Assembly: GCA_963821525.1 (NCBI GenBank)
Contig: CAWGED010000003.1
Span: 1 to 64,000, forward strand
From: an uncultured Gemmatimonadales bacterium
GTDB lineage: Bacteria > Gemmatimonadota > Gemmatimonadetes > Gemmatimonadales > GWC2-71-9
Direction of reading: 5' to 3'
DNA: 64,000 nucleotides
Shown here piece after piece: positions 9,946 through 19,715 of this stretch (positions are counted from its first letter, which is position 1; each line of letters begins with the position of its first letter). Position numbers and translations under genes: made by a program. The notes under the pieces are model-generated. The model saw nothing but the letters and a program-made list of their open reading frames with translations. It did no database searches and was not told the origin of the DNA.

Positions 9946-10542
9946 TTATGGCTCACGCACCGGTCGATGAACGATCATGACGTGGGACCACCACGTCCCC
10001 GAGGCCATGACATAGGGCATGGCGCCCTCGGGCGTAATCGGTAGTCCGAGCTCCGCCGCCGTGCGAAACGGAAGGTGAACCGACTGCCACTTGTCAATCG
10101 CCTCCCCCGCCGACGTCGTCGTGGGATCGAAGGCGCTGATCGGGCCTAGCATGCGGTAACCGGCGGTTGGGGAATCGGGGAAGCGGATGACCCCCTGCCG
10201 CTCCGCGTCTTTCAGCCGGGCATCAAGGACCGAGTCGCGCACGCCCTGCTGCCGCAGGAGGCGGACGTAGTCCATGACGGCGAGCCATTCCACATGGTAG
10301 CAGCGCACGTCGAAGACGTCGTCGCTCGGCCGATCCGCCGTACACATCAGCCCATTCGTGCTGGGGCGGAGGGTGCTCACGCCCGAGGGGGCGACGACGC
10401 GCACCCCAGCTCCGGCACGGAGCGTCTCCGGCAGAGGGAGCACGCTGGCCGCCATCACTTGAGATGACGGCGCGGCCTGAGCGGCGAGAAGTCCCACCTC
10501 TCCGAGTGCGCCGAGCAGGACGAGGACAAATGTCGCCGGCAT
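9946..10542 (-). CDS. secreted hypothetical protein
   Basis: signal peptide; starts just after att core. Confidence 0.7.
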   Translation of the reverse strand: MPATFVLVLLGALGEVGLLAAQAAPSSQVMAASVLPLPETLRAGAGVRVVAPSGVSTLRPSTNGLMCTADRPSDDVFDVRCYHVEWLAVMDYVRLLRQQGVRDSVLDARLKDAERQGVIRFPDSPTAGYRMLGPISAFDPTTTSAGEAIDKWQSVHLPFRTAAELGLPITPEGAMPYVMASGTWWSHVMIVHRPVREP

Positions 10543-10572
10543 GATCTCGTGGAATTAAGGAGTGATCGTGCT

Positions 10573-10681
10573 GCCTAACGCCCACGCGCCGCGCAGGCGC
10601 GACCGCTGCCTTGCGCGAATCTTACTCCAGCCGCGCCTGCGCACCTAGCGCGGCCCCGTCTGCAGCAAACACGGGTTAGGC
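10573..10681 (-). repeat. attC (arms poorly paired)
   Basis: GCCTAAC...GTTAGGC. Confidence 0.65.
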
Positions 10682-11287
10682 AACTTTCCGCACGACCCAG
10701 GTGGTCATACATCGCTGATTCTGGACCACCGTGGTCTTGAGTGGGTCCAGTAGCTCACCCCCCAGGTCTCGCGTGAGGCCCATCAGCAGGGCTTCGTCTA
10801 CGAGGTAGCGCTGGGAGCCATCCGGGAGGCGGTGCCGGCGTCCCGCGGTAGTCGGAAATCGTCCTTCCATCCCAATTGTTGAGGCGAGCCGTGCGAACAG
10901 CATGCCTCCCGGCTTCAGGACCCGCCAGCTACTCCGGATCATCGCCCCAAACTGCTCATCGTCCCGGGCGAAGTGCAGCACGGCGTTGCTCAAGACGACG
11001 TCCGCGAAGTCATTCGGGAAGGACATGACCTCGAGTGGCTCTGCCCGGAAGTTGCCTTGTGGGATGGCCGGGGCGAGTCGCGCGGCGAGGCTACGAACGG
11101 TCTGTATGGCGATGGGGTCGGCGTCGGCGCCGTACACCTCATAGCCCGCCTGGAGGAGATACACGAGGTTCCGACCAGAGCCGCATCCGGCATCGAGTAG
11201 GCGCATGCCGGGAGCGATACGACCTCGGAGCAGCTGGTCGAAAAGGTAGATGTCGATATCCCCGAACTGGGTGCGTAGATCGGACAT
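10676..11287 (-). CDS. class I SAM-dependent methyltransferase
   Basis: LLDAGCGSGRN. Confidence 0.9.
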   Translation of the reverse strand: MSDLRTQFGDIDIYLFDQLLRGRIAPGMRLLDAGCGSGRNLVYLLQAGYEVYGADADPIAIQTVRSLAARLAPAIPQGNFRAEPLEVMSFPNDFADVVLSNAVLHFARDDEQFGAMIRSSWRVLKPGGMLFARLASTIGMEGRFPTTAGRRHRLPDGSQRYLVDEALLMGLTRDLGGELLDPLKTTVVQNQRCMTTWVVRKVA

Positions 11288-11329
11288 CAGCCACCACCCT
11301 CAGCAATCGGGAAACCAAGCGCCAAAGTG

Positions 11330-11432
11330 GCCTAACGGCCCGCGCTTCACCTGCGGACGACGAGTGTACGAGTTCACAAACGGACCGCTTCCTCAAAACC
11401 GAGCGCCCGACAGGTGCAAGCGCTGGTTAAGC
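11330..11432 (-). repeat. attC (dominant family)
   Basis: GCCTAAC...GTTAAGC. Confidence 0.92.
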
Positions 11433-11951
11433 GTCCGCGCGGCCGCCACGATATGTCGCCATACCACCTGCTGTCAGCGCGCGAGTCGAATGGTTCGCCG
11501 CTTCCAACGCGAGGTCCGGTTGTAGGCCGAGACGATGCGCCGCGCGACGATTCGCTCTTTTCATCCAGGCGATTGCGCCAGCGAAGAGTGCGGGGTATTC
11601 GAGGCTTGCGGCCGCCACAGGGATCCAGGGGTGGGAACCAAGCTGGGACGGCGCCCACACGGCGACGGCAGCGAGTCCTAGGACCGTCACTGTCGAAATA
11701 GTGACGGCGGCGATCAGGCCTCTCCTGAGACGACGACGCTCCTTCGCGGCGCATGGCTCGCAGATCAGGTGACCTTGGATGAGCGACGGACCCGCCAGTG
11801 CACCCGGGGCGTACAGAGGTCCGTCGCAGTTCCCACATCGGTTCTCGCGATTGCGGCGAGCCGAGCGTGATGCGTGAAATACCGCGAACGAGGTCAAGCT
11901 GACAGGGAGCGCGAAGATGGTCGTAAGGACGATGGGGTCTAGCCCGACCAT
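11427..11951 (-). CDS. membrane protein with two CxxC pairs
   Basis: GGAGG RBS; CGNC and CEPC; stop in R''. Confidence 0.7.
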   Translation of the reverse strand: MVGLDPIVLTTIFALPVSLTSFAVFHASRSARRNRENRCGNCDGPLYAPGALAGPSLIQGHLICEPCAAKERRRLRRGLIAAVTISTVTVLGLAAVAVWAPSQLGSHPWIPVAAASLEYPALFAGAIAWMKRANRRAAHRLGLQPDLALEAANHSTRALTAGGMATYRGGRADA

Positions 11952-11968
11952 AATACCTCCACTAGGAC

Positions 11969-12073
11969 GCCTAACGGCCCGCGCTTCACCTGCGGGCGAT
12001 GAGTATACGAGTCCACAACTGGACGGCTTCCTTTAAGAATACAGCGCCCGACAGGTGCAAGCGCTTGTTGGGC
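11969..12073 (-). repeat. attC (dominant family)
   Basis: GCCTAAC...GTTGGGC. Confidence 0.92.
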
Positions 12074-12092
12074 AGCCAGCGTGGACAGCGCC

Positions 12093-12761
12093 TCAGGCCA
12101 GCGCGAATGCTCGCACAGGAAAAGTCCCGAAGGCCTTCACTTTCACCGGCACGGCGAAGAACTGACTGCCTTCATCCGGGAGAGCGGACAGACCGCACAT
12201 GTGTTCGACGATCGGGATGTCGTTTCCCAACAGGACCGTGTGCACCGGCCGTTCCCCGGTTGCCACGCTGTCGATATTCAGCGAATCGATCCCCACTAGA
12301 GCAGCGCCGGCCTTCGCGAGCCACTCCGCCGCGCGCTCGGTCAGATAGGGATGACCCTCGAAATAGGCCTCGCTGCGCCAATGCCGATCCCACCCTGTAT
12401 GAAACAACACGGCGCGACCGCCAACCTGGCTCGCCGTGAGTGGTATCCGATCGATCGCCGGGGCGGCCGCGGGATCAACGCGCACCACGAGGCACTCGAG
12501 ATCGGCGAGAGACTCGAGCGGAAGTTCGGAGAGATCCTTGCCGTTGTCATAGCGGTGAAACGGACTGTCGACGTACGTGCCTGTGTTGGCGATCATCTCG
12601 ATCTTGCCGATCTGGAACTCCGTGCCGTGAGCGTATTTCGTTCGCGATGCTTCGCGGCTCAGCCAATCGCAGATGACCGGCGCCGGAAATCCCTTGTAGG
12701 TCGTCATCCCGTGCTCGACGGTGTGACTGACGTCGATAAATCGTCTCGGCGTTGCCATCAA
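12093..12761 (-). CDS. cyclase family protein (kynurenine formamidase-like)
   Basis: NTGTYVDSPFH, GIDSLNID, PIVEH. Confidence 0.9.
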   Translation of the reverse strand: MMATPRRFIDVSHTVEHGMTTYKGFPAPVICDWLSREASRTKYAHGTEFQIGKIEMIANTGTYVDSPFHRYDNGKDLSELPLESLADLECLVVRVDPAAAPAIDRIPLTASQVGGRAVLFHTGWDRHWRSEAYFEGHPYLTERAAEWLAKAGAALVGIDSLNIDSVATGERPVHTVLLGNDIPIVEHMCGLSALPDEGSQFFAVPVKVKAFGTFPVRAFALA

Positions 12762-12824
12762 GACGCCTTTCGTTCGGGCGAAGTTGTCGGGAGCGAGTCT
12801 CTCCTCAAGATGCCGTAAGGGTCT

Positions 12825-12929
12825 GCCTAACGCCCCGCGCTACACCTGCGGGCGACGAGTGTACAAGTTAACAACTGGACGGCTTCCTCTAGAACTACAG
12901 CGCCCGTCAGGTGCAAGCGCTGGTTAGGC
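12825..12929 (-). repeat. attC (dominant family)
   Basis: GCCTAAC...GTTAGGC. Confidence 0.92.
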
Positions 12930-12948
12930 CGGCAACCCGACAAGTGCC

Positions 12949-13349
12949 CTACTTCTTGGCGGTCGTGAGTTGAGCGGCTACGACGCGCCAAACGCCAGCG
13001 TCCTCGACCCAGATGTCGATAACCCAGGCGTCGGCGATGCGTGAGCGGCGCACGAAGACGTCGTCGTAGTGTTTGATCTGGACATGTTCACGCGGAACCG
13101 GAGTCGTCGGCATCTGTGTCTTGAGTAGGGCGTAGTCGGTCGGCCTTTGTCATAAATGTGCCGTCTGCGCGCACGTCCGTGAAGTCGGCACTGGTGAAGC
13201 GGTTCCAGATGGCTGTGTCGGCCTTGGCGAGGGCCTCGTCTCTGGCGCGCATGGCGTCTGCGGAGCTCGGTCGGGACCTGTGCTGCGATGGCCCGTGGGA
13301 TCAGCCATGACAGGGTGAATCCAAGTCGGAGTAAGTGGGCGGCGGACAT
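12949..13349 (-). pseudogene. secreted NTF2-like/DUF4440 protein, multiply frameshifted
   Basis: signal peptide, then fragments in shifting frames. Confidence 0.45.
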
Positions 13350-13373
13350 GATCGTCCTCGGTTTCGGGTTGCG

Positions 13374-13508
13374 GCCTAACGGCACGCGCTTCACCTGCGG
13401 GCGCGACGGAGCGTGGCGCACCGTCTGGTTGTCTGCTTCATCGACCCCTCCTTGGCGCACAAATGGAACGCTGTTGCGGCGCCCGCCAGCTGCAAGCGCA
13501 AGTTAGGG
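13374..13508 (-). repeat. attC (long type)
   Basis: GCCTAAC...GTTAGGG. Confidence 0.88.
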
Positions 13509-13512
13509 CGCG

Positions 13513-13556
13513 TCAGACGCGCTTCAGCAGGTTATCGTACTCCGCGTGCGACCCAA
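13513..13556 (-). pseudogene. 3' remnant of a RelE/ParE/HigB-like toxin
   Basis: reads GSHAEYDNLLKRV* ending next to R''. Confidence 0.4.
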
Positions 13557-13688
13557 GCGCATCCGATCAATCGCATTGAAGAACTGCTGCCGTGGAATGT
13601 CGCTGCCGCGCCTGCCGTAGCGATCAAAGCCGCAGCCTAACCCTCGCCTAACCTCAGCACGTCAAGACGGCCAGCGGCAGACGCTTAC
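13550..13688 (+). mobile_element. IS66 right-end remnant
   Basis: TnpC C-terminus HPINRIEELLPWN; end ...GACGCTTAC. Confidence 0.8.
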
Positions 13689-13737
13689 CATGCGATCTCC
13701 TGTGAGCTGTTCAAGGCAGCGCGAGCTCGGCCTCCCC

Positions 13738-13783
13738 TTGCGTGCCGCCTATCCGTGTGTTAAATACTGAACCACATGGTTCA
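13738..13783 (+). promoter_or_regulatory. promoter and ArsR-type operator
   Basis: TTGCGT-N17-TAAATA; palindrome TGAACCA-CA-TGGTTCA over the ATG. Confidence 0.65.
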
Positions 13784-14141
13784 CTATACCCAGACCCGCT
13801 TCGATGCCTCGTTCGCCGCGCTCTCCGACGCCACCCGACGTGGCGTTCTGGAGCAGCTCGGGCGTGCAGACGCTTCGATCACGGGCCTTGCCGAGAAATT
13901 CCGCATGACCCTCACGGGCATAAAGAAGCATGTCGGCGTCTTGGAGCAGGCGGGGCTAGTCACCACGGAGAAGGTCGGGCGCGTGCGGACCTGCAAGCTC
14001 GGCCCGCGCCGACTGGAGGAGGAAGCTGCATGGATCGAGAGATACCGCCAGCTCTGGGACGCACGCTTCGACGAGCTGGACAAAGTTGTCGAGGAATTGA
14101 AACGGAAGGAGAAGGTCAATGAACGCAAGAAGAGAGAGTGA
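13776..14141 (+). CDS. ArsR/SmtB family regulator
   Basis: FAALSDATRR, HVGVLE, GRVR. Confidence 0.92.
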   Translation: MVHYTQTRFDASFAALSDATRRGVLEQLGRADASITGLAEKFRMTLTGIKKHVGVLEQAGLVTTEKVGRVRTCKLGPRRLEEEAAWIERYRQLWDARFDELDKVVEELKRKEKVNERKKRE

Positions 14142-14634
14142 GGTTGCCCCCATGAAGAACCGTACGACGGTGGAGCGGAAGTCCGAGCGTGAGCTCGTCG
14201 TCACGCGAACTTTCAACGGCCCGGCGCGCCTCGTGTTCGAGGCGTGGACCAAGCCCGAGCTGTTCAGGCAGTGGTGGGTGCCGAAGTCGATGGGAATGTC
14301 CCTGCTTTCCTGCGAAATGGATGTTCGTGTCGGGGGCAGGTACCGTTTGGAGTTCGCACACGGGGACTCACAGTCGGCGTTCTTCGGCACGTACAAGGAA
14401 GTAACACCGCACTCGCGCCTCGTCTGGACCAATGAGGAAAGTGACGAGGGTTCCGTCACGACGGTGACCTTCGCGGAAAAAGGCGGCAAGACGTTGCTGG
14501 TCATGCACGAGCTTTATCCCTCGAAGGAAGCTCTCGACGCCGCCGGCACCGGGGCGGCGGATGCGATGGGAGAGTCGTTCGAGCAACTGGACGAGCTTCT
14601 CGTCACCCTGGGCGCGAGCGTGGGACGGTCATGA
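14119..14634 (+). CDS. SRPBCC/AHSA1 family protein (alternative start 14152)
   Basis: ELVVTRTF..P..LVFEAWTKPEL. Confidence 0.9.
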   Translation: MNARRESEVAPMKNRTTVERKSERELVVTRTFNGPARLVFEAWTKPELFRQWWVPKSMGMSLLSCEMDVRVGGRYRLEFAHGDSQSAFFGTYKEVTPHSRLVWTNEESDEGSVTTVTFAEKGGKTLLVMHELYPSKEALDAAGTGAADAMGESFEQLDELLVTLGASVGRS

Positions 14635-14736
14635 AGTCGTCAATCTCGCGTCGGCTGCCTTGCCGGTCGCCCTCGATCATCGAGCGCTCCGCGCCGCGCG
14701 CACCCGTTGGCGCTACCCCGGCAGCCGAGGTAAACC

Positions 14737-17235
14737 ATGATTGGTGATTTCCTTCGGGACGTGAAGTATGCGCTCCGCTCCTTCGCCAGGCGGCCGCTCT
14801 TCACCGGCGTCATCCTGCTCACGCTGGCACTCGGCATCGGCAGCAACGTCGCGATCTTCAGCGTGGCCAACGCGGTTCTCTTCCGCCCCCTCCCCTTCAA
14901 GGACCCCGACCAGCTGGCCTTCCTGTGGACCCGGCTCGCCGCCACCAACGTCGCCCGCTCCCTGGTCTCGGGACCCGACTTCAAGGACTACCAGGACCAG
15001 ACCACCCAATTCGACGCCTTCGCCGGCGCGATTGCGCTCACCGGTACGCTCACCGGCGACGGGCCGCCGGAGCGGATCACCAACGCCTACGTGACCTGGA
15101 ACCTGCTCTCCCTCCTGGGGGTCCAGCCGGTCCTGGGCCGGACCCACATCGCCGAGGATGCCTTCCCGATCGACCCCAAGATGTTCGGCAATCCGGATCC
15201 CAAGCTCCCGCCGGGCAAGGTGGTCCTGAGCTACGGCTTGTGGCAGCGGCGCTTCGGCGGCGATCCGTCGGTGCTCGGTCGCACCATCATGATGGATGGC
15301 TGGGGCTCGGTGGTGGTCGGCGTGCTGCCGCGCGACTTTCGCATCTACCTCCCCGCCGACGCCGCCATGCCGACCAAGATCGACGCCTGGGGCGTGCTGC
15401 CGAGCAATATCAGCGACTTCGAGCGGGAGCAGGCGTGGCTCACCGTCGTGGCGCGGCTCAAGCCCGGCGTCTCCCTGGACCAGGCCCAGTCCGAGATGGA
15501 CCGCGTGGCGGCGCGGCTCCGGGAGACCTACCAGTTCCACGCCACCGAGAAGCTCCAGATTGAGGTGGCCGGCATGCAGCGCGACGTGGTGGAGCACGCT
15601 CGGCCCGCGCTGCTGGCGCTCCTCGGGGCGGTGGGCTTCGTGCTGCTGATCGCCTGCGCCAACATCGCCAACCTGCTCCTGGTGCGGGCCTCGGAGCGGG
15701 GCCGCGAGATCGCCGTGCGAGCGGCGATCGGAAGCGGGCGGGGCCGCATCGTGGCCCAGATGCTCACCGAGAGCCTGGTGCTCGCCGCCGCCGGCACCCT
15801 GCTCGGGCTGCTCCTCGCCTGGCAGGGGATCCGGGTGATCAAGGCGTTGGGCCCGGCCAACCTGCCACGGCTCGAGAACGTGTCGCTCGATGCGGGCGCT
15901 TTCCTGTTCGCCGCAGTGGTCACCGTAGTGGCGGCACTCCTGTTCGGGCTGGCGCCGGCGCTCCGCGCGGTCCGGGGCAACCTGGCCGACAGGCTCCGCG
16001 ACCGCGGCACCGGCACCGGCGGCGCCCGGGGCAACAAGCTCCGCACCGCCCTGGTGGTGAGCGAGGTGACCCTGTCGCTGGTGCTCCTGATCGGCGCCGG
16101 GCTCATGGTGCGGAGCTTCGCCGCGATCCAGCGGGTGGACCCCGGCTTCGACCCGAAGAACGCCGTGACGTTCACCGCGCCGCTCCCCTTCATCAAGTAC
16201 TTGTCATCCCAGTCGCGGGCCACCTTCGTGAATCAGCTGGGCGACCGGCTGGCCGGCATCCCGGGCGTCGAGGTGGTGGGCGGGGTCACCCCGCTGCCGC
16301 TGGCCGGCGGGGAGCAGTACGCCGTCGGCTCGTACGGCCGGATCGGCGAGTCGGACGACGCCTACCGGGCCAACAAGGCGGACTACAAAGCGGTGCTGCC
16401 GGGATACTTCGAGGCGATGAAGATCAAGCCGGTGTCCGGCCGCACCTTGGTCCGCTCGGACAACGAGTCGGAAGCGCTCGATGTCGCGGTGGTAGACCAG
16501 AAGTTCGCGACCCGGGTTTTCGGTAAGGAGAACCCGCTGGGGGCCGAGATCCTGGTGGATCACGTCAACGAGAAGACCTTCTCGCTGGAGCGGCTGCCGG
16601 TGACGATCGTGGGGGTGGTCGCGAACGTGCGCTCCACCTCGCTCGCGAGCGAAGGCCGGGAGACGATCTACATGCCGTACGTCTTCCAGTCGTTCCTGCC
16701 GCTCACCTTCGTGGTGCGCACCACCGCCGCTCCCGACGGCCTGATGCCGCTGATCCGGGCCGAGGTCGCCGCGCTGGACCGGGACGTGCCCGTCGCCGAC
16801 CTGGCGACGCTCGAGTCCTGGGTCACCGAGGCGATGGCCCCGACCCGGTTCCTGTTGGCCCTCACCGGCACCTTCGCCGGCCTGGCGCTGGTGCTCGCCG
16901 TGCTCGGCCTGTACGGCGTGGTGGCCTACTCGGTGCGGCAGCGGACCCGGGAGATCGGGCTGCGGGTCGCCCTGGGCGCCAGCGATCGCGATGTCCGCCG
17001 CCTGATCCTGGGCCACGGACTGGTGGTGACCGCGGTCGGGATTGTCCTCGGCCTGGTGGCCTCGATCGGGTTGACCCGGGTGATGAGCAGCTATCTGGTG
17101 GGGGTGAGCGCCACCGACCCGTTGACCTTCGCCGGGGTGCCGGTGGTGCTGCTCGGGGTGGCGGCCCTGGCCTCCTACCTCCCCGCGCGGCGGGCGGCGA
17201 GCATCGATCCGGTCCGTGCGCTCCACGAGGAGTGA
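14737..17235 (+). CDS. duplicated MacB/FtsX ABC permease (ADOP-type)
   Basis: TLALGIG, CANIANLLL, REIGLRVALGA. Confidence 0.93.
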   Translation: MIGDFLRDVKYALRSFARRPLFTGVILLTLALGIGSNVAIFSVANAVLFRPLPFKDPDQLAFLWTRLAATNVARSLVSGPDFKDYQDQTTQFDAFAGAIALTGTLTGDGPPERITNAYVTWNLLSLLGVQPVLGRTHIAEDAFPIDPKMFGNPDPKLPPGKVVLSYGLWQRRFGGDPSVLGRTIMMDGWGSVVVGVLPRDFRIYLPADAAMPTKIDAWGVLPSNISDFEREQAWLTVVARLKPGVSLDQAQSEMDRVAARLRETYQFHATEKLQIEVAGMQRDVVEHARPALLALLGAVGFVLLIACANIANLLLVRASERGREIAVRAAIGSGRGRIVAQMLTESLVLAAAGTLLGLLLAWQGIRVIKALGPANLPRLENVSLDAGAFLFAAVVTVVAALLFGLAPALRAVRGNLADRLRDRGTGTGGARGNKLRTALVVSEVTLSLVLLIGAGLMVRSFAAIQRVDPGFDPKNAVTFTAPLPFIKYLSSQSRATFVNQLGDRLAGIPGVEVVGGVTPLPLAGGEQYAVGSYGRIGESDDAYRANKADYKAVLPGYFEAMKIKPVSGRTLVRSDNESEALDVAVVDQKFATRVFGKENPLGAEILVDHVNEKTFSLERLPVTIVGVVANVRSTSLASEGRETIYMPYVFQSFLPLTFVVRTTAAPDGLMPLIRAEVAALDRDVPVADLATLESWVTEAMAPTRFLLALTGTFAGLALVLAVLGLYGVVAYSVRQRTREIGLRVALGASDRDVRRLILGHGLVVTAVGIVLGLVASIGLTRVMSSYLVGVSATDPLTFAGVPVVLLGVAALASYLPARRAASIDPVRALHEE

Positions 17236-17400
17236 CGGGTGGGCGGGGCTCGAACCCTTGAGCGACTCGACCATCTCGGCGGCGCACTAACCGCCGCGAT
17301 TTGGGGGCAGCAACTTCCGTGGTGGCCCAGCGCCTCTTGTGCGGCCAACGCACATAGGAATGCGGAATCGGAGACAGGTGGTCCGCGTCGTGGTGCCACC

Positions 17401-17428
17401 GCCCGACAGGTGCAAACGCTGGTTAGGC
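17401..17428 (-). repeat. half attC (R''/L'' arm only)
   Basis: GCCCGACAGGTGCAAACGCTGGTTAGGC. Confidence 0.75.
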
Positions 17429-17446
17429 TGCACCCCCGGGCACCAC

Positions 17447-17854
17447 TCAGGGCGTAAAGGTCACTTGGCCGGCGAGCACCCCATCCTCATGGCCAGGCCC
17501 GGTGAACCTGAGGACATCGAGTCGGTACGCATGGCCGGTCTGAAGATTGATGGGCGGAGTCAGTTCCTTGGTGGCCCCCGCCGGAAGAGTACCGTAGGTC
17601 ACGGGAGGGGCGATCCCATTGGTACTGTCCGAGAGAACCCCCCACTGGTCAGTACCACCGGTGGGGTCCTCGACAAGCACGAGGAAGAGGCGGCACGCCG
17701 GTGTCCAGCGAATCACTGGCGTGAGGCCCGCACCGATAGTCGGGGTAACCGTCCCGGTGCATTCGGGTAGAGTCGCTTCGCTGGTACTGTCACTGCACCC
17801 GGCGCTAAGCGCGAGCCCCGCAAGGAGGAAGAGGGACAAGAGGGAGCCGCGCAT
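17447..17854 (-). CDS. lipoprotein
   Basis: lipobox-like LSAGC. Confidence 0.7.
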   Translation of the reverse strand: MRGSLLSLFLLAGLALSAGCSDSTSEATLPECTGTVTPTIGAGLTPVIRWTPACRLFLVLVEDPTGGTDQWGVLSDSTNGIAPPVTYGTLPAGATKELTPPINLQTGHAYRLDVLRFTGPGHEDGVLAGQVTFTP

Positions 17855-17872
17855 TCGGACCTCCGCTGTGCA

Positions 17873-17962
17873 GCCTAACGACTCGCGCTTAACCTGCGGC
17901 GCGCACAAGAATGAGTCATTCCCTAATCTACGCGCGCCGACAGCTGCAAGCGCTGGTTAGAC
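17873..17962 (-). repeat. attC
   Basis: GCCTAAC...GTTAGAC. Confidence 0.9.
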
Positions 17963-18124
17963 GGCAGCCTTTCTAAGGAGCCGCCACGCCCAAATGCTGA
18001 ACCCGGCACTCACCAGCACAAGCAGGTCAGTATGGTGAAAGTGTCCTCGGGCGATGGCCTCGTATGCGTGCGCTACCGTGATGGCCGCGAAGAGAATGCC
18101 CGTGGTGATCAGATAAGGTTTCAT
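17957..18124 (-). CDS. 55-aa membrane protein (below ORF-track cutoff)
   Basis: MKPYLITTGILFAAITVAH...WAWRLLRKAAV*; stop in R''. Confidence 0.7.
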   Translation of the reverse strand: MKPYLITTGILFAAITVAHAYEAIARGHFHHTDLLVLVSAGFSIWAWRLLRKAAV

Positions 18125-18155
18125 TGAGGGCAGTGTGGTGATGTGTGGGGCTGCC

Positions 18156-18289
18156 GCCTAACGGCCCGCGCTTCACCTGCGGGCGACGAGTATAGGTGTC
18201 CACAGCTCTACGTTCCTTATAATGCCGACGGAGCCAACCGGCGCTAGGGCGCTTCCTGAGCGCCCTACAGGTGCAAGCGCTGGTTAGGC
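18156..18289 (-). repeat. attC
   Basis: GCCTAAC...GTTAGGC. Confidence 0.9.
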
Positions 18290-18376
18290 CGCGACCACAG
18301 CGTGCCGCTGCCAGCGGCTCGTCAGTTGGCAACCGTAGTGATGCCGCGTTGTGGCGTCGTCCGCCGTCACGTCGTG

Positions 18377-18784
18377 CTATAGCGCACCGCGTGAACCAGC
18401 AAAGAAGACTCCATATAGCAGAAGACACCCGAACGCGAATGCGCCGACCGCGTACACTTTCATCCACCGAATGAGCCTGGGGAGCACCCTCCTCCCGAAG
18501 CGATGGTGCCATCGCCACGGCATGAGGAGCAATGCCACTGAGCTAATGACGATGGCCCACCCGATGACCCGAAACATGTTTGTCGGCGACATGGCGGGCG
18601 ATAGCACAACGAGCGACGTGCCGATGAGCAAACGGCAAGCCATCTCCACGTAGTGCGCTCGTGCCGAGCTGGCGAAGGACATCAGAACGCGCTCGGCAAG
18701 CGCCGGTCTTGCGAAGACGACGCCCGTGAACGCGATGAAAGCGAGGCCACACACGACGACCACGATACCGGCCAGCAAGGTCAT
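18377..18784 (-). CDS. membrane hypothetical protein
   Basis: four hydrophobic segments; fills cassette. Confidence 0.7.
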   Translation of the reverse strand: MTLLAGIVVVVCGLAFIAFTGVVFARPALAERVLMSFASSARAHYVEMACRLLIGTSLVVLSPAMSPTNMFRVIGWAIVISSVALLLMPWRWHHRFGRRVLPRLIRWMKVYAVGAFAFGCLLLYGVFFAGSRGAL

Positions 18785-18812
18785 GAGGTTCTCGCAGAAG
18801 TGCTAAAGCGCG

Positions 18813-18850
18813 GCCTAACGTCAAAGTTCAACTGCAACGCCAAGTTAGGC
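18813..18850 (-). repeat. 38-bp internally deleted attC
   Basis: GCCTAAC-24 nt-GTTAGGC; R'' matches cassette start at 19616-19626. Confidence 0.65.
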
Positions 18851-18951
18851 CGCTGGATGTTACCCCTCATCCCGGTTGCTCACATCGACAGCAGTCCAGC
18901 CAAAGCGCCAGACCAGGCTCCGCCGCGTCGTTGAACTGCTTCACACGGGAG

Positions 18952-19512
18952 CTACTTCGCAAGCCCCAGCTGCTTCATGAAGTCTTGGCTGTCCCAGAAC
19001 AGCCACTCGTGGTCCATCGTGCCGCCCTTCCAGTGGCCGATCGTCACCATGCCGAGGCGAAAGGAATTGCCCGTGGGCGGGATCGTCTTGCCACCGCCAA
19101 TCGGCATCGGCTTGCTGAACGTCCCTGTCATGTAGCCGGTGACTGCGGTCCAGTCACCCGACCCGAATCGGATCGGATGCTCGGCGATCTTGATGTTCGG
19201 CGCGTAGACGAACATCGCCTTCAGGTCTTCGATGTGCGTCGCGATGCCGTGCGTCTCATGGCCGTCGGGCCAGGTGACGATGATGTCCTTGGCGTGCGAC
19301 TCGCCGAGCCGGTCCCACTTCTGGTTGCTGAACACGTCGAAGTCGAGCACGTCGAATGCCTTGAGCCGCTTCTCGACGTCTGGCGCCTGCTTCTGCGCGG
19401 CCGGCGGCGGTGTGTAGGCAGGCGAGGTGCCCTGCGCGCCGGCGGTGGACGCCAGCACGCCCGCGAAAAGGGCGGCGAAGGCCAAGCGGAATGCTGCGTT
19501 TGTCGGTTTCAT
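18952..19512 (-). CDS. secreted SnoaL-like ester cyclase
   Basis: LDFDVFSNQKW, WPDGH, GDWTAV. Confidence 0.8.
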   Translation of the reverse strand: MKPTNAAFRLAFAALFAGVLASTAGAQGTSPAYTPPPAAQKQAPDVEKRLKAFDVLDFDVFSNQKWDRLGESHAKDIIVTWPDGHETHGIATHIEDLKAMFVYAPNIKIAEHPIRFGSGDWTAVTGYMTGTFSKPMPIGGGKTIPPTGNSFRLGMVTIGHWKGGTMDHEWLFWDSQDFMKQLGLAK

Positions 19513-19619
19513 CGTTGTCTCCAGTGACGGGTTTCCGTCCGTAAAACATACGACTGTTGCTGCCCTGTTCTACTTCTCGTCCCCGAGAGTCACGGCGGAT
19601 TCCTCTAATGCGGTGAGCG

Positions 19620-19715
19620 GCCTAACGACTTGCGGTTCAGCTGCGGCCGAAGGCAATAAAGCGCGCGCAGCGCGCGTTCAATAGCTCGGCCGTCAACTGC
19701 AGCCGCGGGTTAGAC
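19620..19715 (-). repeat. attC
   Basis: GCCTAAC...GTTAGAC. Confidence 0.88.

Noticed and set aside
1002..17428. Group IIC-attC intron or IS1111-attC as cause of broken attCs
   Set aside because: No RT/maturase or IS110-family transposase sequence at these junctions
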